Source of the DNA: an uncultured Candidatus Saccharibacteria bacterium
GTDB lineage: Bacteria > Patescibacteriota > Saccharimonadia > Saccharimonadales > EFPC-124
Assembly: GCA_965225085.1 (NCBI GenBank)
Contig: CBDDBE010000001.1
Coordinates: 65,641-129,640, forward strand
Length of the DNA stretch: 64,000 nucleotides
Reading direction: 5' to 3'
Below the pieces are notes generated by a model, which was not told the DNA's origin, made no database searches, and saw only the letters and a list, made by a program, of their open reading frames with translations. A program made the position numbers and the translations under genes. Numbering within the stretch: position 1 is the stretch's first letter; every line of letters begins with the position of its first letter. Positions 1 to 9,721 of the stretch are shown here, piece by piece.

Positions 1-562
1 TCTTCTGCAGAAATGGCTGCCACACCGGGTCATCAGCCTGTGCGACCCGCTCAAAGATATACGACTCAGCCCTGATGGACGGGCTCAGATATATCCTCAA
101 ATCGCTCGGCTGCGAACCGTGTTTTTGCTGCAGATACTCGACAACTTTAGTAGCCAATTCAGCGACGGTACTCTGCCAGCCCAGATGAGCAAGGGCAAGA
201 ACTTGCCGGTTAGGATCATGAACGGCAACAGCGTTGCAATCCGCAACCGGCAGGACCAGCACAACCTCTGGGTTGGTCGTGACTAGCGCATCGGCAACCA
301 CGCGGTCAGCGAGCGAGATAAGCGCGTGATCTGGTTTGTCCGTTACCTCCACGATCTTGTCCCACACATCTGGCGAGCCAACGTTCAAAGTAACTATGCT
401 GTCAAAATCCAAACTCGCGGTTTTGGTGATTGCCCGAATAGATGCAGTCACCTGCGATATATCGTCATCTCCGTTCGATTTGGTCGTACCGTCTGATTTG
501 CTCGATATACATGCCTGGAGCTTAGTCCTGTCAAAAATAGTCGGCTGGTCATGTGCGATCAT
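1..562 (-). CDS. YfiH/PgeF-family (DUF152, laccase-domain) protein, C-terminus cut by window edge
   Basis: Not in the ORF track because it runs off the window edge. My translation from ATG at 562-560 is MIAHDQPTIFDRTKLQ...LVLPVADCNAVAVHDPNRQVLALAHLGWQSTVAEL... The ADCxxV...H.GW motif is typical of this family. The start lies 2 nt after the rsmA stop, suggesting an operon. Confidence 0.65.
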   Translation of the reverse strand, partial: MIAHDQPTIFDRTKLQACISSKSDGTTKSNGDDDISQVTASIRAITKTASLDFDSIVTLNVGSPDVWDKIVEVTDKPDHALISLADRVVADALVTTNPEVVLVLPVADCNAVAVHDPNRQVLALAHLGWQSTVAELATKVVEYLQQKHGSQPSDLRIYLSPSIRAESYIFERVAQADDPVWQPFLQK

Positions 563-563
563 A

Positions 564-1346
564 CTACTTGTCTCCTGCTATTATCTTGCTCAATCGATAC
601 CAATCGTCCAAGCCCAGCTGCTCGGCTCGGGCCTGGGGGCTGATGCTCGAGGCGGCCAGCAGCTGCTCGACAACCGGCTTCTCCAGATGCAGTCCGCCGC
701 TGAGGCTATTGCGAAGTGTCTTGCGTTTCTCGCTGAAGCCAGCGCGGACGACCCGAAAATAATAAGCAGTTGGCACATCTGCGTGCAATGGCTCGGCTCG
801 ATGCACCAACCCAATAACCTGCGAATCTACCTTTGGCGGAGGGGTGAATAGCGCTGCCGGAACCACCGGTCCCAGCATTGGCTCGGCATAATACTGCACT
901 GCGATCGCCAGGATGCTCATGTCGCCAGGACCAGCGGCAATGCGCTCGGCAACTTCCTTCTGCACCAGGAGGCTCAACTGCGCCGGAGGGTTTGGCGATT
1001 CCAGCAGCATTCGCACAATCTTGCTCGTGATATAGTATGGCAAATTTGCCGCAACCTTGTAGCCAGCCGGTAGCGTCGTGAGGTCAAATGCCAAGATGTC
1101 CTGATGAACCACTTCCAGGTTGAGCGCGCTTACGCGGGATGGAAGCTTCGCCGCTAGCTCTGGGTCGAGCTCTACCGCTATAACGTGTTTGGCGCGCTGT
1201 GTTAGCTTTTGCGTCAGGGTCCCGAGGCCCGGGCCTATCTCGAGCACGGTATCATCGGCACCGACACCCGCCATATCGCACATGGCGTCCAGGCTGGTCG
1301 GATCATGCAGCCAATGCTGACCAAGCGATTTGCGTGGGGCTGTCAC
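564..1346 (-). CDS. rsmA: 16S rRNA (adenine1518/1519-N6)-dimethyltransferase
   Basis: 260 aa. It carries KSLGQHWL, the SAM motif VLEIGPGLGTLT and NLPYYITS, which together form the KsgA/RsmA signature. Confidence 0.9.
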   Translation of the reverse strand: MTAPRKSLGQHWLHDPTSLDAMCDMAGVGADDTVLEIGPGLGTLTQKLTQRAKHVIAVELDPELAAKLPSRVSALNLEVVHQDILAFDLTTLPAGYKVAANLPYYITSKIVRMLLESPNPPAQLSLLVQKEVAERIAAGPGDMSILAIAVQYYAEPMLGPVVPAALFTPPPKVDSQVIGLVHRAEPLHADVPTAYYFRVVRAGFSEKRKTLRNSLSGGLHLEKPVVEQLLAASSISPQARAEQLGLDDWYRLSKIIAGDK

Positions 1347-1771
1347 GAAATATCCAAGAGGTTAAGACCAGTGTCCGCATCGCGCTTGCGGTGTAATGGC
1401 TTGTACGTACGATGGATAAATAGCTCGCAGGTACCGCTGACGGTTAGATCCTTCACGTGTCCGCCAATGGTCTGGAAATCACGCCCAGCAAACGTCCCAT
1501 GCACATGGTGCATCGGTTTGCCCTGATCATCGAGCGCAATCGTGCCCGACAAGCCGGTTATCTCGTACCCACTCGTGAATGTTTGCCAGGAGTAGCTCTG
1601 AGTGTCTAGATCGTAAAAGCCCAGCGTCACTTCCTGCGCGCCGCCTATGCCGTTCACGGCTGCGCCGTCGACTTCGGGGTGTTCAGCATAAAATGCTGTC
1701 AGCGAGGCGCCAAGCTTCTCGCCCCGGTTTAGTCGAAGTATATAGTTGTAGCCATCAAACATCGACGTCAT
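1343..1771 (-). CDS. PPC/DUF296-domain protein (AT-hook-less PCC-type DNA-binding fold)
   Basis: 142 aa. The YILRLNRGE...GIGGAQEVTLGFYD...HHVHGTFA pattern fits DUF296. A 4-nt ATGA overlap with rsmA suggests translational coupling. Confidence 0.65.
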   Translation of the reverse strand: MTSMFDGYNYILRLNRGEKLGASLTAFYAEHPEVDGAAVNGIGGAQEVTLGFYDLDTQSYSWQTFTSGYEITGLSGTIALDDQGKPMHHVHGTFAGRDFQTIGGHVKDLTVSGTCELFIHRTYKPLHRKRDADTGLNLLDIS

Positions 1772-1775
1772 AGCA

Positions 1776-2993
1776 TTACCAGTTATGCGTCACCAACCAG
1801 TGATTGTACGCAGCTTGCCATGAACCATATCGACTGGCGGCGTAACTGCTACACCATTTGAGCTGAGTAATGGGGTTATACTGCCAATCAGCACCAGCGG
1901 AAGCCATCTTGCTGCCAGGTGTTGACTGACAAAGACCATAGCCGAGGCCAGCCGGGATGCTGCTAGGTACAGCACTGGGGCACGCACCCCAATGACCCTG
2001 GAGCTTAGTAGCGCACCACCCGCTTTCGTGCGACACAATGTAGTCAACGTATGCGTAATCGCTCTGGGCGATGCCCGCCGCAGCCATGACGTCGGATTTG
2101 TCACCGGTCAGCGTTACCGGAGGCTTCGCACCCACCACCTCGACCTGCTCTTTTGGCTCCTGTGTGGTCACGCTTTGGATTTCTTTGCGTGAGACTTCGG
2201 CGCCATTCTTCAGCTCTATCTGGTAGGTCACGATCTTCTTACCCTTCGCGCCTGGCGTCTGGACGTTCTTGTAGCCCAACGGCTGGTCGGCGTCCTGGAT
2301 TTGCTTGGTGGTAAAGGCAATATCCTGTTCGACGCTTACTGTCTGCTCGCCATTACGGTAGACATCCACTGTCATGTTTGCGGCGACTACGGTGTTTGCG
2401 GCAGGCGAAACCCCGTCCTGGGCAGCCATGGTAATACCCTTTGCGGTCAGGAGTTCACCGATAGTCTTGGCCTGGGTGCGGATATCGACCGCTTTGCCAT
2501 ACAGAACCATATGAACAGGCACACTCCGAGTGATAGTCAGCATCAGGCCTGCGCCGCCCTGACTCACAAAATCGTCGATGCGGCTGATTGTAAGTGTATC
2601 CTCGGGGTACACTTCCAGCCCAGCCGCATTGGCAATTTCCTTGGCGCTTTGGTACGGGCTCATAATCCGGTAGCGTTTGTCGCCGTCCACCACCGTCACC
2701 GGCCGCGCGCGGTAGACGTTGATGTCGTAGCTTTGGGCGATGAGTTTGGTGTCTTTGGCGGGTTCTACGGCGTCATTTGATTCCAGCTTTACTCCAGCTC
2801 GGTCGAGTGCTTCGCCAACGGTTGCGGCATCGGTCGCCACTACCTGCTGTTGGCCATCATGATAAATCGTCACAATCCGACTGTTCTCGGCATGAGCTCG
2901 GGCGTGCGGTAATGGCGATACAAAATACAAGGCCACGAGTGCGGCCGCCATCCCAACCCCTGTTAATACGTTACGCAAAAGTCGATTTTTCAT
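1776..2993 (-). CDS. Secreted DUF348(x3)-G5 peptidoglycan hydrolase (RpfB/YabE-like architecture)
   Basis: I moved the start to ATG 2993 (MKNRLLRNVLTGVGMAAALVALY, a signal or anchor). There are three DUF348-like units and a G5 domain (KNVQTPGAKGKKIVTYQ). The C-terminal domain has VSHESGW...GLCQSTPGSKMASAG...W, resembling a transglycosylase or Apf-like domain. Confidence 0.75.
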   Translation of the reverse strand: MKNRLLRNVLTGVGMAAALVALYFVSPLPHARAHAENSRIVTIYHDGQQQVVATDAATVGEALDRAGVKLESNDAVEPAKDTKLIAQSYDINVYRARPVTVVDGDKRYRIMSPYQSAKEIANAAGLEVYPEDTLTISRIDDFVSQGGAGLMLTITRSVPVHMVLYGKAVDIRTQAKTIGELLTAKGITMAAQDGVSPAANTVVAANMTVDVYRNGEQTVSVEQDIAFTTKQIQDADQPLGYKNVQTPGAKGKKIVTYQIELKNGAEVSRKEIQSVTTQEPKEQVEVVGAKPPVTLTGDKSDVMAAAGIAQSDYAYVDYIVSHESGWCATKLQGHWGACPSAVPSSIPAGLGYGLCQSTPGSKMASAGADWQYNPITQLKWCSSYAASRYGSWQAAYNHWLVTHNW

Positions 2994-3051
2994 GTATGTG
3001 TAAACGGGCAACAAAGCTAGTATAGCAAAAGCTGGCTCGGCACGATAGCTG

Positions 3052-3525
3052 CTACTTTCGATCCAAATGCAGCACGAGCGCACTATCTACCGTCGAGCTA
3101 CGCTGCGACGGCAACGATTCCAGTGCGAACCAGGCTGCGTCCAGTATCTCCAGGCGGTGACGGGCTGCAATACGAACGGGCTGATTCGTAGTGACGGCCA
3201 CCTGGCATACGACCGTAAAAGGTGCGCTGGAGTCGCCATTCTCGAATTCGCCAAGCGGTTGACAGGAGCGCGCGTCGATAACAACCCCCGACTCCTCGTA
3301 TGTCTCTCGAACTGCTGCTGCAGCTATGTCCTCACCTGGCCGAATGCCCCCTCCTGGCAGGCTCCACCGCTGGCGACCAAACCAGCTACGGACCAGCAGG
3401 ATCTCCTGACGGTCGTTGAGCACCAATAGGCGAGATCGTCGACGCCCCTTCATCACGACTCTTAATAGCGGAGTTGCGGCTGCATGGCCAACCCTCCCGA
3501 CCCAGGCATATGTACGTTTCAGCAT
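3052..3525 (-). CDS. NUDIX hydrolase
   Basis: The Nudix box GGGIRPGEDIAAAAVRETYEESGV is present. The start could alternatively be the internal MKGRRRS. Confidence 0.8.
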   Translation of the reverse strand: MLKRTYAWVGRVGHAAATPLLRVVMKGRRRSRLLVLNDRQEILLVRSWFGRQRWSLPGGGIRPGEDIAAAAVRETYEESGVVIDARSCQPLGEFENGDSSAPFTVVCQVAVTTNQPVRIAARHRLEILDAAWFALESLPSQRSSTVDSALVLHLDRK

Positions 3526-3674
3526 GATCGTTATTGTAGGCGCTCAGGATTATAAAGCCAAATTGAAACGAGCTGCGTCGCCGAGGGCCATAAGCCCAAG
3601 GGACGCAGCTCGTGCTGCCGGGAAGCCCACCGTTGGGGCCATCCGGGCGTCACCCGCCAGAGCGGTGGGTGACG

Positions 3675-4403
3675 TTACTTGTCATCCGTGCTGCTAAGGA
3701 AGCAGGACGTGATGAGGCCGGTGCCGTCGTCGTGCTTGCCATCCGGCAAGAGCGCAGCGTCGCCGTGCCCTACATCCTGCCAGGTCTCCATCGACTTGTG
3801 GCGCACGTAGCCATCGATGGGCACCCACGCGGCGATCAGCTGCTGCCAGCTGTAGTCGCCTGTCGTGCAGGTGGTACGACGCTTGCTGCTCTGGTCGTAG
3901 CGTTCGTCAACTGCCACGATCTTGCCCGTGCCCAGCGCCAGGATCAGGTCCGGCTTGACGGCGTCCGAGGGACGCTCGACCGGGACTTGGCCCTGAACCG
4001 AGAGCACCACGTAGACGTTGTTCGACTTCGTCTTCAGGTGGAAGGTGTCGGTAGCGCCGGCTCCGAAGAGAACCGGTGACACCTTGTAGCCGTCCGCCTT
4101 CATCTGGTCGCTTCCAGCCACCTTGGACTGACCGGTAGACGGCCAGACTTCGTTGGTGGCTGCGATGATGGCGTCCTGCGAGAGCGTCTTCGGCACCTCG
4201 ACCTGAGGCGTCGTGGGCGCGGTGTCCCGCCGAACCTTGTCCGTAATGGACGACGGCGGGCGCATCACCCCAAGAAGGTTCGGCCCCACAAAGTGGAGCA
4301 CGGCACCAAAGGCCGCGCCCACCATGATCAGCAAAACCGACAAATGCACGGCTCGCTTCCAACCCTTGAGCTTCGGCTTAGCGGCCTTAGCCATGTGCTT
4401 CAC
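3675..4403 (-). CDS. Hypothetical N-terminally membrane-anchored protein in a G+C-rich patch
   Basis: 242 aa with one N-terminal TM segment (AVHLSVLLIMVGAAFGAVLHFV). I recognise no motif. The region shows stacked ORFs in other frames, which is a symptom of high GC. Confidence 0.5.
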   Translation of the reverse strand: MKHMAKAAKPKLKGWKRAVHLSVLLIMVGAAFGAVLHFVGPNLLGVMRPPSSITDKVRRDTAPTTPQVEVPKTLSQDAIIAATNEVWPSTGQSKVAGSDQMKADGYKVSPVLFGAGATDTFHLKTKSNNVYVVLSVQGQVPVERPSDAVKPDLILALGTGKIVAVDERYDQSSKRRTTCTTGDYSWQQLIAAWVPIDGYVRHKSMETWQDVGHGDAALLPDGKHDDGTGLITSCFLSSTDDK

Positions 4404-4470
4404 TTCCTTCTCAAATCGAAGATATGGTGACTGTATATCTTATACCACAATTAGACTATTTTTTCAACCC

Positions 4471-6618
4471 CTACGCTCTCTCCAGGGGTGCAAATTCCAC
4501 ATTCAATTTCTTGATGCTGCGGCCGGCAAATTTGACAGATAGGACCGTACCGTCTATCTCCACAACCTCGCCCTGGCCAAAGACCTTATGCCGAACTATA
4601 TCGCCCACTTCGAGCTCCAGATCCTCAGGGACATACCTCGGCTCGTCATCGAATGATTGCGCCTGAGGTTGTTGCATGCCATACCCGAACATCGGCGCCA
4701 AGACCTCCTGAGCGCTACCGTCAATATCGGCCAGGAACCGCGATGGCGGATTGTGCTGCACACCACCGTATAGTAGGCGGCTCGCGGCATGCGTCAGGGT
4801 TAGCTCCTCGCGCGCACGCGTCATGCCGACGTAGCACAGCCGACGCTCCTCCTCGAGCTCATCGGGATCAAAAAACGCACGGCTATGCGGGAAAATGCTC
4901 TCCTCACATCCGATCATAAATACAGCCGGAAATTCCAAGCCCTTTGCGGCGTGCAACGTCATCAGCGTCACAGCATCGGCCGTATCAGCCGTAGCGTCAA
5001 GGTCGGAAATGAGCGCGACTTCCTCCAGAAATCCCGCCAGCCCCAACGCCTCGTACTCCTGCGCGACACTGGCCAATTCCTTGACGTTTTGCAGACGATC
5101 TTCGGCCTGCAGACTGTCATCATCCAGATACGCCAGGTAATCGGTCCGCTTCAACACCAGGTCGATGAGTAGCCCCAGAGACAGTTTGTCCTGCTGATTG
5201 GTCATGTCCTGCAGCAGCACCCCGAGTGCACCAAAAGCCGCATGGGCCTTGGGCGTAAGCGCTGGGCACATGTCTATCTGCAGCAGCGCGTCCACCAGGT
5301 TCACGTTAGTGCTTGCCTGCCAGTCTAAAAATCGCTGCACGCTCACCGCGCCAAGCCCACGTGCCGGCACATTTACCACCCGCAGAAAGCTCGCGCGATC
5401 TGCCGGTTGATACAATAACCGCAAGTAGGCCAAAAGGTCCTTGACCTCCTTGCGGTCATAGAACCGAGTGCCGCCGACAATGTGATACGGCACGCCATAT
5501 CGGATAAACGATTCCTCGATTGCTCGCGACTGCGCGTTCGTTCGGTACAACACTGCGTAGTCTTGATACCGCCGCGCCTTCATGTCGACCGCGCCCTTGA
5601 TACGACCGACCACAAACTCACCTTCGTGAGCCTCGGACTGCACGCCCACAATCTGCACCTTCGAGCCCTCACCCGCTTTGGTCCAGAGCTCTTTGTCGGA
5701 ACGATTGGTGTTTTTGGTGATGACTTTGTGGGCGGCATCCAGGATGTTTTTGGTGCTGCGATAATTTTGCTCCAGCTTGATAACCAGCGCCTTCGGGTAG
5801 TCACGCTCGAAATTCAAAATATTCTTGAAATCCGCGCCGCGCCAGCTATAAATACTTTGCCAGTCGTCGCCCACCACGCAAATGTTCTGGCTGTCGTTGA
5901 CCAACAGCTTCACCAGTTTGTACTGCGCGGCATTGGTGTCCTGATACTCGTCGATGAGGATGGACTGAAACTGACGACGCCATTTAGCGCGAGCCTCTGG
6001 CACGGTAGCCAGCATGCGCACCGTTTCGCCAATGAGGTCGTCAAAATCCAAAGCTGCCGCATCCTTCCTAAGTCGTTCGTAACCAGCATATACATCAGCC
6101 GTCACATGCTGCTGAGGCATGCGCGCCAGGGATCGATACTCGGCCGGATCGACCAAGTCGTTCTTGGCGCTGCTGATCATGTGGCTGATGGCATTTGGGC
6201 TGTGCTGCTTCTCGGATATGTGCAAATCGCGCATAACTTGCCGGATGGCAGCCTGGCGATCCGATTCGTCGAAGATGACATAATTTTTGGGCACGCCAAT
6301 AGATTCACCATCAAAACGCAGCAATCGCACACAAATGCTATGGAATGTGCCCATAAACGGCATAAAGCTCCGGTCGTCGCCCGACCGCGCCAGAAGCGCA
6401 CCGAGCCTTTCGCGCATTTCCCGCGCGGCTTTGTTCGTGAAGGTAACGGCCAAAATATTCTCGGGGCGAAGGCCTTTTTCGGATATGAGGTACGCAATGC
6501 GATGTGTCAGTGTCTTGGTCTTGCCAGATCCGGCGCCGGCCAAAATGAGCACGGGGCCGTCAGTCTGCTGGACAGCCTTGCGCTGCTCGGGGTTGAGTTC
6601 GTGGAGTAAGTCAGTCAT
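4471..6618 (-). CDS. pcrA: ATP-dependent DNA helicase PcrA/UvrD
   Basis: Walker A AGAGSGKTKTL and the IDEYQDTN motif are present, with overall UvrD-like organisation. I placed the start at ATG 6618 (MTDLLHELNPEQRKAV) rather than the extended ORF start at 6774. Confidence 0.9.
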   Translation of the reverse strand: MTDLLHELNPEQRKAVQQTDGPVLILAGAGSGKTKTLTHRIAYLISEKGLRPENILAVTFTNKAAREMRERLGALLARSGDDRSFMPFMGTFHSICVRLLRFDGESIGVPKNYVIFDESDRQAAIRQVMRDLHISEKQHSPNAISHMISSAKNDLVDPAEYRSLARMPQQHVTADVYAGYERLRKDAAALDFDDLIGETVRMLATVPEARAKWRRQFQSILIDEYQDTNAAQYKLVKLLVNDSQNICVVGDDWQSIYSWRGADFKNILNFERDYPKALVIKLEQNYRSTKNILDAAHKVITKNTNRSDKELWTKAGEGSKVQIVGVQSEAHEGEFVVGRIKGAVDMKARRYQDYAVLYRTNAQSRAIEESFIRYGVPYHIVGGTRFYDRKEVKDLLAYLRLLYQPADRASFLRVVNVPARGLGAVSVQRFLDWQASTNVNLVDALLQIDMCPALTPKAHAAFGALGVLLQDMTNQQDKLSLGLLIDLVLKRTDYLAYLDDDSLQAEDRLQNVKELASVAQEYEALGLAGFLEEVALISDLDATADTADAVTLMTLHAAKGLEFPAVFMIGCEESIFPHSRAFFDPDELEEERRLCYVGMTRAREELTLTHAASRLLYGGVQHNPPSRFLADIDGSAQEVLAPMFGYGMQQPQAQSFDDEPRYVPEDLELEVGDIVRHKVFGQGEVVEIDGTVLSVKFAGRSIKKLNVEFAPLERA

Positions 6619-6696
6619 TACCCTTATTGTACCTGAGGCCTTGACGCGAGTCATGCCCAGCGTGCTACAATCTTGTGGTCCAGACCAGAGAGCGAG

Positions 6697-7290
6697 ATGG
6701 AGTGCATCGTGCCAGAATACAATCTGGTTTTTACCGGGAACGTTTCGGAGCAAGCAGCGCAGAGGCTTATCCAAGCCGCATCACAACTGGGGTTTCGGCT
6801 CAATGCCAATTCGGTCCTGCCGGAAACTGACAGTATCCTAAGAGAGATTCTGGCGCTTAATGAAGAATTTAGGCGGCGCTACGCAAGCTGGCGCCTCAGG
6901 ACCGATGAAACTGACATCGCCCGGTCCATCGGTAGGCTTGGCGCAACCGTCGCTCAGCTTACCCGGCAGACCTATGCTGAATTCCTCGGGAAGCAGCGTA
7001 CTGAATACGACCGGCACGTCGGGACCCTGCTGGTGCAACTGATGATCGATCGGGAGTGGAGCTTTACCGACCTCAGCCCGTGGCAGACCATGCACAACCG
7101 AATTCCCAATTCTGGGCTACAGACTGCCGTGCGATCAGCACTGATCAGCTACGGCCTCATGTGGCTCGAACAGCTCGCATACTTCACTGCTGATGGCCTG
7201 CGAGACATTCGCCTCATCGGCCGGAAGACAATCGGCCCGATCCGGGAAGAACTCCGCCAAAAGGGTCTCCACCTGAGGGGCGAGCGTTAG
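6697..7290 (+). CDS. Hypothetical protein with a C-terminal RNA-polymerase alpha-CTD-like helix-hairpin-helix domain
   Basis: The C-terminus LQTAVRSALISYGLMWLEQLAYFTADGLRDIRLIGRKTIGPIREELRQKGLHL follows the RpoA CTD pattern (L..SVRS.N.L...GI..L.DL......I.N.G.KS..EI...L...GL.L). The start is uncertain (6673 or 6697). Confidence 0.55.
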   Translation: MECIVPEYNLVFTGNVSEQAAQRLIQAASQLGFRLNANSVLPETDSILREILALNEEFRRRYASWRLRTDETDIARSIGRLGATVAQLTRQTYAEFLGKQRTEYDRHVGTLLVQLMIDREWSFTDLSPWQTMHNRIPNSGLQTAVRSALISYGLMWLEQLAYFTADGLRDIRLIGRKTIGPIREELRQKGLHLRGER

Positions 7291-7351
7291 CAGATGAGCC
7301 TGGCGCGTTCTTTTGCGCCAGGCCCACTCAAATTCTGGACAACTTTAGGCT

Positions 7352-8431
7352 TTATTTCGTACCGCTATAGAAATACAGATACACAAAATACCCACCGACG
7401 GCCAACAGCGCCAGAATCACCAGCGCGATGAAGAGCTTGGGCCACATACCCATACCGCGGTGCTCGCTCATGGCTTTGTCGAGGAGCGGCGGGTGGTATT
7501 CCTTGGTGTCAAAGACGGGGCGCAGCGTTTTGTCGGCCGGCTTGTCGGGCGTATGGTACTGTTTGGGAATCGACATCATTGCCGCGCTGTGCATGTCGGG
7601 AGCTTCGGGCTCGATGGGCTGCGGCTTGTCGGCGGGCTTATCCGCATCCACAGGCGTGTGATCGGTCGCGGCAGGCGCTTCGAGCGTGGGGGCTGATGGC
7701 TCCTTGAACGTACCGTCCTGCCCAGGTGTTAGCTCGTCAGAAATGGGAGGGTTCTCCGGTGGCTTTGAATTCTCGGCTAGCGTTGGCTCGGGTGCAGGCT
7801 CGGCTGGCTTAAAGTTCGAATACGCGCCGAGTGGTCGCTTCTCGACTTTGGCCTCGGGAATGAACGGCGTTGTGCTAGGCGCAGGCTCAGCAGGTGGCTC
7901 CGGCGTGGGGTCAGGCTGGCGGTTCGCAAAATCAAGCGGGTCAGGCCATTTGACTTCGTTCGTCTTGGGCTGGGACTCGATAACCATCGGCAGGTCATCG
8001 GCAGGCTTAGATTCCGGTTCAGAAGCGGCATCAGGAACGATATCTTCGGGTTTACTAACAGGCTGCACGACTACGCTAGTCCTCGAGACGGGCTTGCGAG
8101 CAGCCGGTGGCACGATGTCCATAAATCCGCGACGGTTCGTAACCGATCGCATGGCTGGCAAACGCGCCGGCTGAGAAACGGGCGTTGGCACAGTCACCGT
8201 TGGAGCCGGCGACGATGGCTCGACGACCGGTTCTGGCGCTGGTGATGCCTTGGGCTCATCAGCATGAGAATCAGCAACAGCCGGCACAGGGGCGGCGCGA
8301 CGCAAAGCAGGGGCAATGGGCCCAGAAGTAACTTGCAGATCGCCCGTTAGCTGACCATGATCCTGGACGGTCTTGTCCGCCAGGGAGCTCACCGCCTTGT
8401 CCAGCTCGTCAAAATCAAAATCGTTCATCAT
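7352..8431 (-). CDS. Proline-rich, C-terminally membrane-anchored hypothetical protein
   Basis: 359 aa with a long P/A/E/T-rich low-complexity region. The only TM segment is at the extreme C-terminus (MWPKLFIALVILALLAVGGYFVYLYFY). Confidence 0.55.
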   Translation of the reverse strand: MMNDFDFDELDKAVSSLADKTVQDHGQLTGDLQVTSGPIAPALRRAAPVPAVADSHADEPKASPAPEPVVEPSSPAPTVTVPTPVSQPARLPAMRSVTNRRGFMDIVPPAARKPVSRTSVVVQPVSKPEDIVPDAASEPESKPADDLPMVIESQPKTNEVKWPDPLDFANRQPDPTPEPPAEPAPSTTPFIPEAKVEKRPLGAYSNFKPAEPAPEPTLAENSKPPENPPISDELTPGQDGTFKEPSAPTLEAPAATDHTPVDADKPADKPQPIEPEAPDMHSAAMMSIPKQYHTPDKPADKTLRPVFDTKEYHPPLLDKAMSEHRGMGMWPKLFIALVILALLAVGGYFVYLYFYSGTK

Positions 8432-8449
8432 GCCCGCCCACTCTTCATG

Positions 8450-9211
8450 TTAATTATTCTGATGCGCGTCCTCGATAATCGCGCTAAATGCCTTGGCGTT
8501 GAGGCTTGCGCCACCAACCAGCAAGCCGTCGATGCCATCCGCCCACACAAAGCCCTTGGCATTCTGGCTATCAACACTTCCGCCATACAACACTCGGATG
8601 GCTTCGGCGGCCTTGTCCCCAAACAACGCTCGAACGTGCTTGCGAATCAACTTTACTACTTTTACGGCATCATCAACTTGCGCAAAATCGCCAGTACCAA
8701 TGGCCCACACCGGCTCGTAGGCGATCGTGACATCAGCAATCTCCTCGCTCGTCACATTTGCTAGACCAGAGGTAACTTGATCGTGAATGACATGCGCTGT
8801 CTCGCCCTCAGTGCGCTCATGCTTGGTCTCGCCGACACACAAAACCGGCTTCATACCGTTCCTCACTACAGCCTGCACTTTCTGAGCTATGTCTTTGTTG
8901 GTTTCGCCAAAAATGTGCCGACGTTCAGAATGCCCAACAATCACATATTGCACCAGGCCGCGCATCATTGTGGCCGAAACTTCGCCAGTAAATGCGCCCT
9001 CGTCCTGCCAGTAACAATTCTGTGCGCCCAGATGAAACTTGCGATGGTTAATCTGAAGCGATAGCGACTGCAAGGCCAGCAAATTCGGGCACACCACCAC
9101 ATCAACATCACGATACTTCGGCGCGGTCTGCTCAAGCTTGTGCAAATACAAGCTCGCTTGCCCCGTTGTGAAGTGCATCTTCCAGTTACCAATGATTAAT
9201 TTTTTGGCCAT
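8450..9211 (-). CDS. tpiA: Triosephosphate isomerase
   Basis: The motifs IIGNWKMH, VGHSERR and AYEPVWAIGTG are all present. Confidence 0.92.
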   Translation of the reverse strand: MAKKLIIGNWKMHFTTGQASLYLHKLEQTAPKYRDVDVVVCPNLLALQSLSLQINHRKFHLGAQNCYWQDEGAFTGEVSATMMRGLVQYVIVGHSERRHIFGETNKDIAQKVQAVVRNGMKPVLCVGETKHERTEGETAHVIHDQVTSGLANVTSEEIADVTIAYEPVWAIGTGDFAQVDDAVKVVKLIRKHVRALFGDKAAEAIRVLYGGSVDSQNAKGFVWADGIDGLLVGGASLNAKAFSAIIEDAHQNN

Positions 9212-9288
9212 AGTATAGCTGATATTACTTATGCTTCTATCGTACTATGTTTTGGATGCCGTGACCAGTCGGCCCTTCAAAATGGTAA

Positions 9289-9322
9289 AGGCCCACTGCT
9301 CGTGTGCGTAAGCAGTGGGCCT
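9289..9322 (-). terminator. Hairpin downstream of the 9328-9597 small ORF
   Basis: AGGCCCACTGC / GCAGTGGGCCT forms an 11-bp stem. On the minus strand it is followed by a T-containing tract (TTTACCATTTTG). Confidence 0.5.
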
Positions 9323-9327
9323 ATGAG

Positions 9328-9597
9328 CTAGGAGGCGTAGCGCGCGTCGAGAATCTCCTTGATCTTGGCCTCGAGGCTACGATTCGGCCAACCGTGACGC
9401 GCCCATGGAGACACACGGATGGCATAGTGGCTGATCCCGCTGTCGACGTACCGAACATCCAGTTCGACGTCTGACACCCCAGCACACGCCTTGAGCGCAG
9501 CCGAGGTAGTCCCGTCCAACACTAGGCCGCCAGTCAGCGTCAACGCGAATGCGCCGACGGATGACAATGCCTCGATCTCATACGGTCGTTCACCCAT
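9328..9597 (-). CDS. Small hypothetical protein (paralog A)
   Basis: Starts at the internal ATG 9597 (MGERPYEIEAL...). It shares RPYE...AG.F.L....LD..T..AL.AC..V with the adjacent ORF 9722-9994. Confidence 0.45.
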   Translation of the reverse strand: MGERPYEIEALSSVGAFALTLTGGLVLDGTTSAALKACAGVSDVELDVRYVDSGISHYAIRVSPWARHGWPNRSLEAKIKEILDARYAS

Positions 9598-9721
9598 TGT
9601 CGTACTCTCTTTCTCTCGAACGGAAAGGTACTCCTGCAACCACTGTAGAATCAACATAGATTAAAATCAATATGCGTTAACATGCCCCTGCCGCGCACAA
9701 TGCACGGCAGGGGCAACGAAG

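Noticed and set aside
336-851. 171-aa plus-strand ORF at the left edge
   Set aside because: It overlaps the minus-strand YfiH-like gene and rsmA, both of which have family motifs.
5482-6609. 375-aa ORF antisense to pcrA
   Set aside because: It lies entirely inside the well-supported helicase gene and has no recognisable features.
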